DNA of 64,000 bases from a bacterium. Lineage in GTDB: Bacteria; UBA8248. A program made the position numbers and the translations under genes. The DNA lies in assembly GCA_963692865.2 (NCBI GenBank), contig OY843592.1:1600001-1664000 (forward strand), given 5' to 3'. Positions 50,472-60,692 of this stretch are shown here, piece after piece. Under the pieces are notes generated by a model. That model did no database searches, was not told the DNA's origin, and worked only from the letters and a program-made list of their open reading frames with translations. Numbering within the stretch: the first letter of the stretch is position 1; every line of letters begins with the position of its first letter.

Positions 50472-50535
50472 AAAAAGCGGTCCCGCCAAAAACGGAAACG
50501 AGGATATCTCCGGTTTCGGGGCAAGGAACGTCGCC

Positions 50536-51213
<678 letters not shown>

Positions 51214-51360
51214 CGACCCCGAGGACCCCGAGTGCCGGGGATGTGATATTTTGCTTTACGGATGCCGGAGAATTCTGATAAGTTATTGATTCCTGCCGCC
51301 CTGGTAGTGTCTTATACCGCCCCCTGAAAATGAAGTTCACTCGCCCGCCGAGGTGTTGAA

Positions 51361-54300
51361 TTGCGATTCCAACGCTTGGAGATGCAGGGGTTCAAGTCCT
51401 TCGTTGAAAAGACCGTAATCGAAATCGGCGAGGGTCTTACGGCTGTGGTCGGACCCAACGGATGCGGCAAGAGCAACGTATGCGATGCCGTCAGGTGGGT
51501 TCTGGGCGAACAGGCTCCGAAGAACATGCGCTCGAAGAAGATGGAGGATGTCATCTTCAACGGCAGCGCCGATCGAAAGCAACTCGGCATGTCCGAGGTC
51601 TCGCTCACCATCACCGACCTCAAAGGAGTGGTGACCTCTCCCGCATTCAGGGATTTTGACGAGGTGGTGGTTACCCGTCGGTTGTATCGCTCCGGGGAAA
51701 GTGAATATCTCATCAATCGCAATCCCTGTCGTCTCAAGGACATCGTCGATTTGTTTCTCGATACCGGCATTTCTCTCGACACTTTCTCCATCGTGGAGCA
51801 GGGCAAGATAGAAACTCTCGTGAACGCGAGGCCAATGGACAGGCGGATTCTGATTGAAGAGGCCGCCGGTATCATGAAATACAAAAGCAGGCGCAACGAA
51901 GCGTTGAGGAAGCTGGAGCTCGCGCAGGCGAATCTGCTTCGTGTGGCCGACATCATGCGCGAAAAAGAATCCCGCCTTCGCTCTTTGCGCCGCCAGGCGA
52001 GGAAAGCGACGTTCCATAAGGAATACCGAACTGAAATTACCGATCTTTCCCAAAAAATCATGGCGCTCGACTACCTGAAACTTGTGGATGAGCTTGTTCC
52101 GGCGGAAAAAGCGTTTGACCGTGTCAAAGAAGAAGAGCAGGCGGTATCGGCGAAACTGTCTTCTCTGGAGGCTGATAGAGAAAAAGGGCTTGTTTTGCTC
52201 GCCGAGCGCTCGGAAGCGTTGGCGGAATCTCGCCGCCGCGCAGTGGAGGTGGAGGGCTGCCTCCAGCGCCTGGAGAATCGAGTCGAGATGCTGGGCAACC
52301 GTCTCGTGGAACTCGACGCGGAAGATGAGCGTCGCGCGGAGGAAATACAGGCTCTCGACGTCGAATCCACGACCTTGGAGAACGAGAGGGTCGGGCTTGC
52401 CTCAACGCTGGAGATGCTTACGGAGCAATCGGATGTTGCGCGCCGGGAGTATGACGTCAGTGTGGCGGAGTTGGCCGCTGTTCGCGAAGCCTTGAAAGAG
52501 TTCGAACGGGTTCTTGATGAGGCCAGGCGCGATCAAGAGGAGGGAAGAGAGCGTTTGAGTGCGGCGCGTCAACAAATCGCATCCATCGAATCGAGGTGCG
52601 GGGGGATGTCCGAATCCGGAGATAGGATTGGCGAAGAGGTCGAGAAAATCAGGCGCCAACTCCAGTCGGCCCGAACCGACGTGGATGACGGGAAGAGACG
52701 GGTCGAATCGCTGGCCGCATCTGAATACCGCGCAAAACAAGAACTTGAACACGCCGGGTCGGAACATGCGAGCGCGGCGGAGTCGCTGAGCCGCCACGAG
52801 GAATCCGCGGCGGAGATCAAGGAGTCGTTGATGGAAGCGAACTCCGCTCTCTCGGTTTTAGAGGGTGTTCTTGATTCCGGCGAGAGCGGAATCGCGGATG
52901 CGGAGGCGTTCATATCCTCCGGCGCCCGAGTGTTGGCGTCTTTCTCCGATGTCATTCGCGTCGACCCGAAATTTGAAAAAGCCGTTGAAGCGGTTCTGGG
53001 AGATAAATTGCCGGGCGTGGTGGTGAAGACGCCGGGCGATGCGGTCAATGCGATTCGCGAGCTGATGGGTTCGGAGGCCGGGCGAGGCGTGGCGCTGCCG
53101 ATGGAACTGGGTGTTCAGGCGAGCGCCGTCGTCCCGCTCGGAGACGGCGTTCTGGGCGCGGCGGTGGATTTTGTGCGTTGCGATGCGGATTATCGCCCTC
53201 TCGTTCAATCGCTGCTCGGCAATGTCGTGGTGGCGGAGAATATCGATGCCGCGCAGGCGGCGTGGTGCAATGGCCCGCAAGGCGTCGTTTGCGTGACATT
53301 GAACGGCGAAATGATCCACGCGAATGGCGCGGTGGAAGGCGGGTTGAGTCGAAATGAAGGTTTTTTGGAGCGATCGAGGAGATGTGAGGAGATGCGTCTG
53401 AAAGCAGGGCGTCTCGAAGAGCAGCTTCTTGAGTTGGGGCCGATTTCTGAACAATTGAGGGGGCAACTCGCAAAAGCGGAAGGAAGAAGCCGCCATGCGG
53501 CCGAGGCGAATCAACGGGCCGAAGTGATGCGCGTGGAAGCCGAAGGGACACTCCGTCTGGCGGAAGAGAAGCGTGAGGACCTGGAAAAACGGTTGGCCGC
53601 GCTAGAGTCCACGAGAGAGGAGACGCAAGCGGAGCACGCGCGCCTCGTTGGGGCTCTCCAGGAGGCCCGGGATGAAAGTCTCCGCTCGGAGGAGATGATC
53701 CTGGAGATCGCCTCCCGGGTCCGGGAGGTCGAGAACAAGGTCGGGGACGCCGGCCTGCGGTACTCGGAGGTGGAGGCGCGCGCCACGGACAAAAAAGTCG
53801 CCTTGACGGAAATCAACGGGCGGGCGGCAGGCGGCCGGGCTGAGGTTCAACGGCTCGACGACGCGATCTCCCGGAATTCGGCCCGCAAAATCCGCAGGGA
53901 AGAAGATCGACTCGGGTCAATCGACAAGAGGAAACGCTTTCAGGAGAGCCTCGATCAGGGGAAAGAGGAAATCCGCGCCCTCCGGCATGAGAAGGCCGAG
54001 GTGGAAGCCGAACAGGCCGAGCGTGAACGCATTTTGCGGGAAGTGCAGTTGCATGATGAGAAATTGGGCGATTCGATTCGCGAGATAAAGGAAAGCCTCT
54101 CTGATCTGAACGATGCGGTCAGCGTGGCGGCGGAGCGGCGTACGACGCTTCGCGTGCAGCGGGAATCGATGGTGGAATCCGCCGAAACGGAATATCAGGT
54201 CAATCTCGAAGAGACGGCGGAGAACCGGCGGGAAGAACTTCCCCGGTACCAGGAGATTTTGAACCGCCTGGAGATGCTGACCCAGAGGCTTTCCCGCATG

Positions 54301-54945
54301 GGGGAGGTGAATCCTCTGGCTGCGCAGGAATACGATGAAATCAACCAGGAATACGTGTTTTTGCAGGAACAGCAGCAGGATTTGGAAAGTTCCATCGCCG
54401 ACCTCCACACGACGATCGAAAGGCTGAACAAGACGACGAAATCCCGCTTCCTGGCGGCGTTCGAGGAGGTGGGCAGCGCCTTCGCGGATATTTTCGGCCG
54501 CCTGTTCCAGGGGGGCGAGGCGCGCATGTACCTGCTTGACCCGAACGACCCGCTGGAGACGGGCGTCGACATAGAGGTGCGGCCGCCGGGCAAGCGTCCT
54601 TCGAACATCATGCTCCTCTCCGCCGGGGAAAAGGCGCTCACCGCCATTTCTCTGTTGTTCGCGGTCTTCAGCGTTCGGCCGAGTCCGTTCTGCATCCTCG
54701 ACGAGGTGGACGCCACCCTGGACGACGCCAACGTCGGGCGTTTCCGGGAAGTCATTGCCGAGCTCGAGGGCCGGAGCCAGTTCATCATCATCACCCATAA
54801 CAAAAAGACCATGTCTTACGCGGATCAACTCTACGGCGTGACGCAGAGGGAAAAAGGCGTCTCGGAGATCGTCTCCGTCAAGCTGAACCGCGAGGAGGCG
54901 AGAGCAAACGGCGTGGGGGAGGCGGTGCTGGAATCACAGGCGTAG
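51361..54945 (+). CDS. smc: Chromosome segregation protein SMC
   Basis: GFKSF, GPNGCGKSN, coiled coils, hinge, LSAGEK and ILDEVD motifs. Confidence 0.97.
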   Translation: MRFQRLEMQGFKSFVEKTVIEIGEGLTAVVGPNGCGKSNVCDAVRWVLGEQAPKNMRSKKMEDVIFNGSADRKQLGMSEVSLTITDLKGVVTSPAFRDFDEVVVTRRLYRSGESEYLINRNPCRLKDIVDLFLDTGISLDTFSIVEQGKIETLVNARPMDRRILIEEAAGIMKYKSRRNEALRKLELAQANLLRVADIMREKESRLRSLRRQARKATFHKEYRTEITDLSQKIMALDYLKLVDELVPAEKAFDRVKEEEQAVSAKLSSLEADREKGLVLLAERSEALAESRRRAVEVEGCLQRLENRVEMLGNRLVELDAEDERRAEEIQALDVESTTLENERVGLASTLEMLTEQSDVARREYDVSVAELAAVREALKEFERVLDEARRDQEEGRERLSAARQQIASIESRCGGMSESGDRIGEEVEKIRRQLQSARTDVDDGKRRVESLAASEYRAKQELEHAGSEHASAAESLSRHEESAAEIKESLMEANSALSVLEGVLDSGESGIADAEAFISSGARVLASFSDVIRVDPKFEKAVEAVLGDKLPGVVVKTPGDAVNAIRELMGSEAGRGVALPMELGVQASAVVPLGDGVLGAAVDFVRCDADYRPLVQSLLGNVVVAENIDAAQAAWCNGPQGVVCVTLNGEMIHANGAVEGGLSRNEGFLERSRRCEEMRLKAGRLEEQLLELGPISEQLRGQLAKAEGRSRHAAEANQRAEVMRVEAEGTLRLAEEKREDLEKRLAALESTREETQAEHARLVGALQEARDESLRSEEMILEIASRVREVENKVGDAGLRYSEVEARATDKKVALTEINGRAAGGRAEVQRLDDAISRNSARKIRREEDRLGSIDKRKRFQESLDQGKEEIRALRHEKAEVEAEQAERERILREVQLHDEKLGDSIREIKESLSDLNDAVSVAAERRTTLRVQRESMVESAETEYQVNLEETAENRREELPRYQEILNRLEMLTQRLSRMGEVNPLAAQEYDEINQEYVFLQEQQQDLESSIADLHTTIERLNKTTKSRFLAAFEEVGSAFADIFGRLFQGGEARMYLLDPNDPLETGVDIEVRPPGKRPSNIMLLSAGEKALTAISLLFAVFSVRPSPFCILDEVDATLDDANVGRFREVIAELEGRSQFIIITHNKKTMSYADQLYGVTQREKGVSEIVSVKLNREEARANGVGEAVLESQA

Positions 54946-55042
54946 CATCGTCTCGTATTTCCACGGAAGGTTTTGTTGAAGACGACCCCGGAGCGCCGGC
55001 GCCGGGGTCGGTTTTGCGCGGCGCGAGTCGGAGGAAACGCCT

Positions 55043-56002
55043 TTGACGTCCGGTTCCGGGAAGAGGAAAGGTTCGGGGAAAGGCGATGGCGCAAAAGGCT
55101 GGTTGGGCAGATTGCGCGACGGCCTCGCGAAGACGAGAGGGGGTTTTCTCGCCCAGGCGAGGGGTTTGCTCGCGGGACGCATCGACGAGGAAACGATCGA
55201 AGAGTTGGAAGAGGTTCTCTATATGGCGGATTTGGGTCCCCCGCTCGTCGAGGCGCTGCTGGAGAGGCTGAAAGCGGGGGAGGGCGCCGGAGCGGACGCG
55301 CAGGCGCGCATCAGGGCGATCATGCGCTCTTGTCTCGAAAGCCCCGTCCGCCCGCCCGCGTTTACGCCGCAGGCTCCTCCTGCGGGCGAACCCGGAATCA
55401 TTTTCCTGGTGGGCGTCAACGGCGTGGGGAAGACGACGACGGCCGGAAAGCTCGCATCGCGGTATTCCGCCGAAAAACTTAAAGTCATGCTCGCGGCGGG
55501 GGATACGTTCCGGGCCGCGGCCGGTGAGCAGTTGGCGGTATGGGCCGAGCGGAGCGGATGCGAAATCATCCGCCACCGGGAAGGAGCGGATTCATCCGCC
55601 GTGGTGTATGACGCCGTTCAGGCGGCGAGGGCGCGCGGCGTCGACATATTGCTCGTGGACACGGCGGGGCGCCTGCATACGAAGAAGAATCTCATGGAGG
55701 AATTAAAAAAGCTCGGGCGCGTGACGCGCCGCCTCGTCGATGCGGCCCCCCATGAGGTGCTGCTCGTGCTGGACGCCACGTCCGGGCAGAACGCGCTCGC
55801 CCAGGTGCGCGAGTTCGGCCCGGCGCTGGGCGTAACGGGCCTCGTCCTCACCAAACTCGACGGAACGGCCAGGGGCGGCGTGGCGCTGGGCGCCGCTTAC
55901 GAGAGCGGCATACCGATAAGATACGTCGGCGTGGGCGAATCGGTGGAAGACCTGGTCGATTTCGACGCCGATGCGTTCATCGAGGCGATTTTCGGCGAAT
56001 AG
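55043..56002 (+). CDS. ftsY: SRP receptor FtsY, short NG-only form
   Basis: GVNGVGKTTT, DTFRAAA, DTAGRLHT and TKLDG motifs. Confidence 0.96.
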   Translation: MTSGSGKRKGSGKGDGAKGWLGRLRDGLAKTRGGFLAQARGLLAGRIDEETIEELEEVLYMADLGPPLVEALLERLKAGEGAGADAQARIRAIMRSCLESPVRPPAFTPQAPPAGEPGIIFLVGVNGVGKTTTAGKLASRYSAEKLKVMLAAGDTFRAAAGEQLAVWAERSGCEIIRHREGADSSAVVYDAVQAARARGVDILLVDTAGRLHTKKNLMEELKKLGRVTRRLVDAAPHEVLLVLDATSGQNALAQVREFGPALGVTGLVLTKLDGTARGGVALGAAYESGIPIRYVGVGESVEDLVDFDADAFIEAIFGE

Positions 56003-56077
56003 TCTTTTGGGCCTTCTCGCGCCCGTTTTTGACAAGAAACGGCGAAACGTTTTGTTTATCAGTAGTTTAAGCCTCAA

Positions 56078-56144
56078 GAAATTTATCGAAAAACCTCGTG
56101 AATTTATCCGAATTTATCTGAATTCATCGAATTTTTCAGGAATT
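56078..56144 (+). repeat. AT-rich element with helically phased AATT tracts, copy 2
   Basis: GAATTTATCC GAATTTATCT GAATTCATC GAATTTTTC units; similar to 33248-33315. Confidence 0.7.
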
Positions 56145-56285
56145 CGCCGTTTTTGAAAAACGGACGGCCCATGGTATCGCAGGGCGATCCTGCCATGCGC
56201 CCGGGAAACCGCCGCGACGCCAAATGCGGGCAAATGCGCCTGACCCGTAATCGGGAGCGGTCGTTTTTCGAGAGTGCGCGGCGCG

Positions 56286-59200
56286 TCAGGCGTCGCCGAC
56301 GACGACCAGCAGATCCTTGGTGTCGACCGTGGTGCCGGCCGGCGCGACGACCTTCTCGACGACGCCGCTCCGCTCGGCGCGGATCACGGTTTCCATCTTC
56401 ATCGCCTCGATCGCCACCAGCACGTCGCCCTCCTCGATCGCCTCGCCCTCACCAAAGAACACCTTGGTCACCATCCCCGGCATCGGCGCGCCGACGTGGT
56501 TGGTGTTTGCTTCCTCGGCCTTGGGCAGCGCCATGACTGCGGCGGCGGCGCTGCGGTCGGCGACGCGCACCGTCCGGGGCTGCCCGTTCAACTCGAAGAA
56601 TACCGTGCATTCGCCTTTCTGATCGGTTTCGCTTCGCGCGAGATAGCGGATGAACAGGGTGCGCCCGCGCTCGATATCGACGGCCACCTCCTCGCCCGGC
56701 TCCATCCCGTAGAAATAAACCGGCGTCGGCAGCACGCTCACGTCGCCGTATTTGCGCCGAGTGGTCGCGTAGTCGGTGAATACCTGCGGGTACATCAGCC
56801 AGGAGGCGAACTCGGCGTCGCTGATCGGGCGCTGGGCTTTCTCTTCGGCTTCCTCGCGAGAGGCTGCGAGATCGGCGTCGGGCAACACCGAGCCGGGCCG
56901 CACGGTGATCGGCTCCCTTTCTTTGAGTATCTTCTCCTGCAGTTCGCGCGGGAAGCCGCCGTGCGGCTGCCCCAACTCGCCCGCGAACAGCGAGACCACC
57001 GATTCGGGAAAGGCGATCTCGCGCTCGGGGTCCGCTACGTCTTCGGGCGTCAGCCCGCCCGTCACCATCATCAGCGCCATGTCGCCGACCACCTTCGAAG
57101 AGGGGGTGACCTTCACGATGTCGCCGAACATGCGATTGACCTCGGCAAAGGCCCGCGAGACCTCCGGCCAGCGCTGGTTGTCGATGCCCAGCGCCCGCGC
57201 CTGCTCGCGCAGATTGGTGTACTGGCCGCCCGGAATTCCGTGGTTGTAGACGTCCGAGGTGCCGGCGCGGAACTCGCTCTCGAAGGCGCGGTAGAGGTTG
57301 CGCACCTGCTCCCAGTAGGTGGATAGGGTCATCACCGTGTCGGGGTCGATTCCGGGGTCGCGCCCGGAGTGGCGCAAGGCCGCGGTGATCGAACCGAAGC
57401 TCGGCTGCGAGGTGAGGCCGCTCATCGAATCCATCGCCGCGTCCACGGCATCCACGCCGGCCTCCACGGCGGCGAGCACGCTGGCCGCGGAAATCCCGCT
57501 GGTGTCGTGGGTGTGGAAGTGGATGGGAATGCCGATCTCTTCTTTAAGCGTCTCGACGAGCGTCCGCGCCGCCGCCGGCTTGCAAAGGCCCGCCATGTCC
57601 TTGAGGCCCAGGATGTGGGCGCCCGCGGCCTCTAGTTCGCGGGCGAGCGCGACATAGTATTCGAGGTCGTACTTGGTCAGGCCCGGGTCGGTGATGTCGC
57701 CGGTGTAGCAGATCGCCGCCTCGCAGAGCTTGCCGGTCTCCAGCACCGCGTCCATCGCCGGGCGCATGTTCTCGACCCAGTTGAGCGAATCGAAGATGCG
57801 GAACAGGTCGACCCCGTTTTCGGCCGATTGTTGTACGAAATAGCGCACCACGTTGTCCGGGTAGGTGGTGTAGCCGACGCCGTTCGACGCGCGCAGGAGC
57901 ATCTGGGTCAGGAGGTTGGGCATCGCGGCGCGCAGCCGCTCCAGCCACGCCCAGGGACACTCGTTCAGGAAGCGCATCGCCACGTCGAAGGTCGCGCCGC
58001 CCCAGCATTCGACCGAGAAAAGCTGCGGCAAAAGCCGCGCATAGACGGGCGCGACCGCGATGAGGTCGTAGCTCCTGACCCGCGTCGCCAGCAGCGACTG
58101 GTGCGCGTCGCGGAACGTGGTGTCGGTCATCAGCACTTGTTCCTGCTTGAGCATCCACTGGGCGAAAGCCTCAGGACCCAGGGCGTCGAGAAGTTGCCGC
58201 GAACCGTCCTGTACCTCGTGGCCTGCCGCCTCCGGTACGCTCGGCGTCTGGCGCGTGGGCGGCTTGGGCCTTCCTTCCACCACGCTGTTGCCGTTGACGA
58301 TCACGTCCCCCAGGTAGCGCAGCAGCCGTGTCGCGCGGTCCCGCCTGTAGGCGAAGGTGAACAGCTCCGGCGTCTCATCGACGAAGCGCGTCGTGCAGGC
58401 GCCTTCCAGGAACCGGGGATGGCCGATGACGTTTTCCAGAAAGGCGAGGTTCGTGGCGACGCCGCGGATGCGGAATTCGACAATCGCCCGCCTCATCCGC
58501 CGGACCGCCTCATCGAACGTCGGCGCCCAGGCCGTCACCTTCTCCAGCAGCGAGTCGTAGAACGGCGTGATCCGCGCGCCCGAATAGGCGGTGCCGCCGT
58601 CCAGGCGCACGCCGAACCCGGTGGCGCCGCGATAGGCGGTGAGCACGCCGTAATCGGGGATGAAATTGTTCTCCGGGTCCTCGGTGGTCACCCGGCATTG
58701 CATGGCGTGGCCGTTCACCCGAACCTCGTCCTGGCCCGGGATTCCGCTCTCGGGCGCGCCGATGGCGGCTCCGCCTGCGATGCGGATCTGCGCCTTCACC
58801 AGGTCGACGCCGGTCACCACCTCGGTGACCGTGTGCTCGACCTGGATGCGCGGATTGACTTCGATGAAGTGGAACGAGCCGGCCTCGTCGTCGACGAGGA
58901 ACTCGACGGTGCCCGCGTTGTTGTAGCCGACCGCGCGGCCTATCTTGAGCGCGCTCTCGTGGATCGCCGCTCGGGTCGCGGCGTCCAGATAATGCGCCGG
59001 CGCCTGCTCGACGATCTTCTGGTTGCGCCGCTGCACCGAGCAGTCCCGCTCGTGGAGATGCGCCAGGTTGCCGTGGTTGTCCCCTAAAATCTGGACCTCC
59101 ACGTGACGCGCGCGGCGAATCAGCTTTTCGAGATAAACCTCGTCATTCCCGAACGCCGCCAGGCACTCGCGCCGCGCGGCCTCGACCGCATCGGCGAACC

Positions 59201-59750
59201 CGGCTTCACTCTCGATCATGCGCATGCCACGCCCGCCGCCGCCCCAGCTCGCCTTGAGCATGACGGGAAAACCGACCTCCCGGGCGCGCCGCGCGGCCTC
59301 GTCCGGATCGCGGGGGAGCGGGCCTGTCGCAGGCACCACCGGGACGCCGGCCGACACCGCGATTTCGCGCGCCGCCACCTTGTTGCCGAGCGCGCGCATG
59401 ATCTCAGGGCCAGGGCCTACGAAGACGATCCCTGCGTTCGCGCACGCCTCGGCGAAGTCGGGGTTCTCGGCCAGGAAGCCGTATCCGGGGTGGATCGCAT
59501 CGGCGGCGTTCTCGCGCGCTACGCGGATCACCTCGTCGATGCTGAGATAGGCCTCTATCGGGCCCATCCCCCGGCCTACCAGATAAGCCTCGTCGGCCTT
59601 GAAACGGTGCAGTGCGAACCGGTCCTCCTGCGAGTAGATTGCGATCGTCGCGATGCCGAGCTCGACCGAGGCGCGAAACACGCGGATGGCGATTTCGCTC
59701 CGGTTGGCGACCAGGATCCGGCGGAAATTGGTCTGCGGCTGGTGAATCAT
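56286..59750 (-). CDS. pyc: Pyruvate carboxylase
   Basis: ANRSEIA biotin carboxylase domain, RDAHQSL, WGGATFD, HFHTHDT and EAMKM motifs; 1154 aa. Confidence 0.97.
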   Translation of the reverse strand: MIHQPQTNFRRILVANRSEIAIRVFRASVELGIATIAIYSQEDRFALHRFKADEAYLVGRGMGPIEAYLSIDEVIRVARENAADAIHPGYGFLAENPDFAEACANAGIVFVGPGPEIMRALGNKVAAREIAVSAGVPVVPATGPLPRDPDEAARRAREVGFPVMLKASWGGGGRGMRMIESEAGFADAVEAARRECLAAFGNDEVYLEKLIRRARHVEVQILGDNHGNLAHLHERDCSVQRRNQKIVEQAPAHYLDAATRAAIHESALKIGRAVGYNNAGTVEFLVDDEAGSFHFIEVNPRIQVEHTVTEVVTGVDLVKAQIRIAGGAAIGAPESGIPGQDEVRVNGHAMQCRVTTEDPENNFIPDYGVLTAYRGATGFGVRLDGGTAYSGARITPFYDSLLEKVTAWAPTFDEAVRRMRRAIVEFRIRGVATNLAFLENVIGHPRFLEGACTTRFVDETPELFTFAYRRDRATRLLRYLGDVIVNGNSVVEGRPKPPTRQTPSVPEAAGHEVQDGSRQLLDALGPEAFAQWMLKQEQVLMTDTTFRDAHQSLLATRVRSYDLIAVAPVYARLLPQLFSVECWGGATFDVAMRFLNECPWAWLERLRAAMPNLLTQMLLRASNGVGYTTYPDNVVRYFVQQSAENGVDLFRIFDSLNWVENMRPAMDAVLETGKLCEAAICYTGDITDPGLTKYDLEYYVALARELEAAGAHILGLKDMAGLCKPAAARTLVETLKEEIGIPIHFHTHDTSGISAASVLAAVEAGVDAVDAAMDSMSGLTSQPSFGSITAALRHSGRDPGIDPDTVMTLSTYWEQVRNLYRAFESEFRAGTSDVYNHGIPGGQYTNLREQARALGIDNQRWPEVSRAFAEVNRMFGDIVKVTPSSKVVGDMALMMVTGGLTPEDVADPEREIAFPESVVSLFAGELGQPHGGFPRELQEKILKEREPITVRPGSVLPDADLAASREEAEEKAQRPISDAEFASWLMYPQVFTDYATTRRKYGDVSVLPTPVYFYGMEPGEEVAVDIERGRTLFIRYLARSETDQKGECTVFFELNGQPRTVRVADRSAAAAVMALPKAEEANTNHVGAPMPGMVTKVFFGEGEAIEEGDVLVAIEAMKMETVIRAERSGVVEKVVAPAGTTVDTKDLLVVVGDA

Positions 59751-59845
59751 AACGTTCCTTGTTTGTTCTCGCGGAACTTCCGCCTGCCGGGGTTGGATGC
59801 CAAGTCCTCGTCATCATATAGCAACTTAAAGCGGGACGCATGCGT

Positions 59846-60546
59846 GGGGCTGTTGGAAAAGTCCCTCTGACAAGGGGGGTTGGTTTCGTAGGGACAACCC
59901 TCCGTGGTTGTCCTTTTACAGGATGGCTGCTATCAGGACAGGCACGCAGGCCTGTCCCTACGGTAGGCAGCGCTTTCTTCTAGGGACCCACGGCGAATTT
60001 GGTTTTCGTTCGTCATTCCGGCGAAAGCCGGAATCCATTTTACGCCTTTTGCCTTTCGTCAGGGTTCTCGCGCATCCGCAGGGAATGAAGCGCCGTCGTT
60101 CATTCACCCGCATCCGCAAATGGATTCCGGCTTTCGCCGGAATGACGGTGAATACTCACGACGGAAGGGCTTTTTCAACACGCCCCTCAAGGGAGGAGTG
60201 ATTCTTCTCTCTACTCGGATGGAATCAACCGGATACAAGGGTCTGTAGGGACAGGCCCCCGTGCCTGTCCGAGGTGTCACGACCTGCCCATATTCATTTG
60301 CGCATCAACGCGATTGTAGGGGACGCATATATGCGTCCCTGCTTTTTTGCCTCCCGGTGATGGGCCGCATGTATGCGGCCCCTACAAAACCATCGCATCC
60401 CCACTCCTTTAGGAAGGCTTTTTCCACAGCCCCGAACGACGACCGTAGTCGGACAGGCACGGAGGCCTGTCCCTACTAAAAAGCAGGCTCCCTCAAGAGG
60501 GGGGTGGTTTGGCTCGGCCCGACAAGGGGGTTTTCGACAACCCCCC
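59846..60546. repeat. Mosaic repeat cluster K
   Basis: One left and three right inverted-repeat-end variants; GTAG doublets; CGTCATTCCGG doublet at 60011-60147. Confidence 0.85.
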
Positions 60547-60692
60547 TTCGAGGGTTTCAATATTTTCAGGCATCAGGGTTTTTCGGAAGATCGATCCGCC
60601 TCGTGGGGCAGGGGAATCCGCCATCGGCCTGGAACGCCCGCCATGGTCCGAGTGCGGGCAAATGCGCACCCGGAATGGAGCGCGTTTGCGCC

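Noticed and set aside
50462-50480. fabF-rnc ribosomal frameshift at GCT TAA AAA AAG
   Set aside because: It would require a +1 shift without the RF2-type CTT TGA context, and a fusion protein is implausible.
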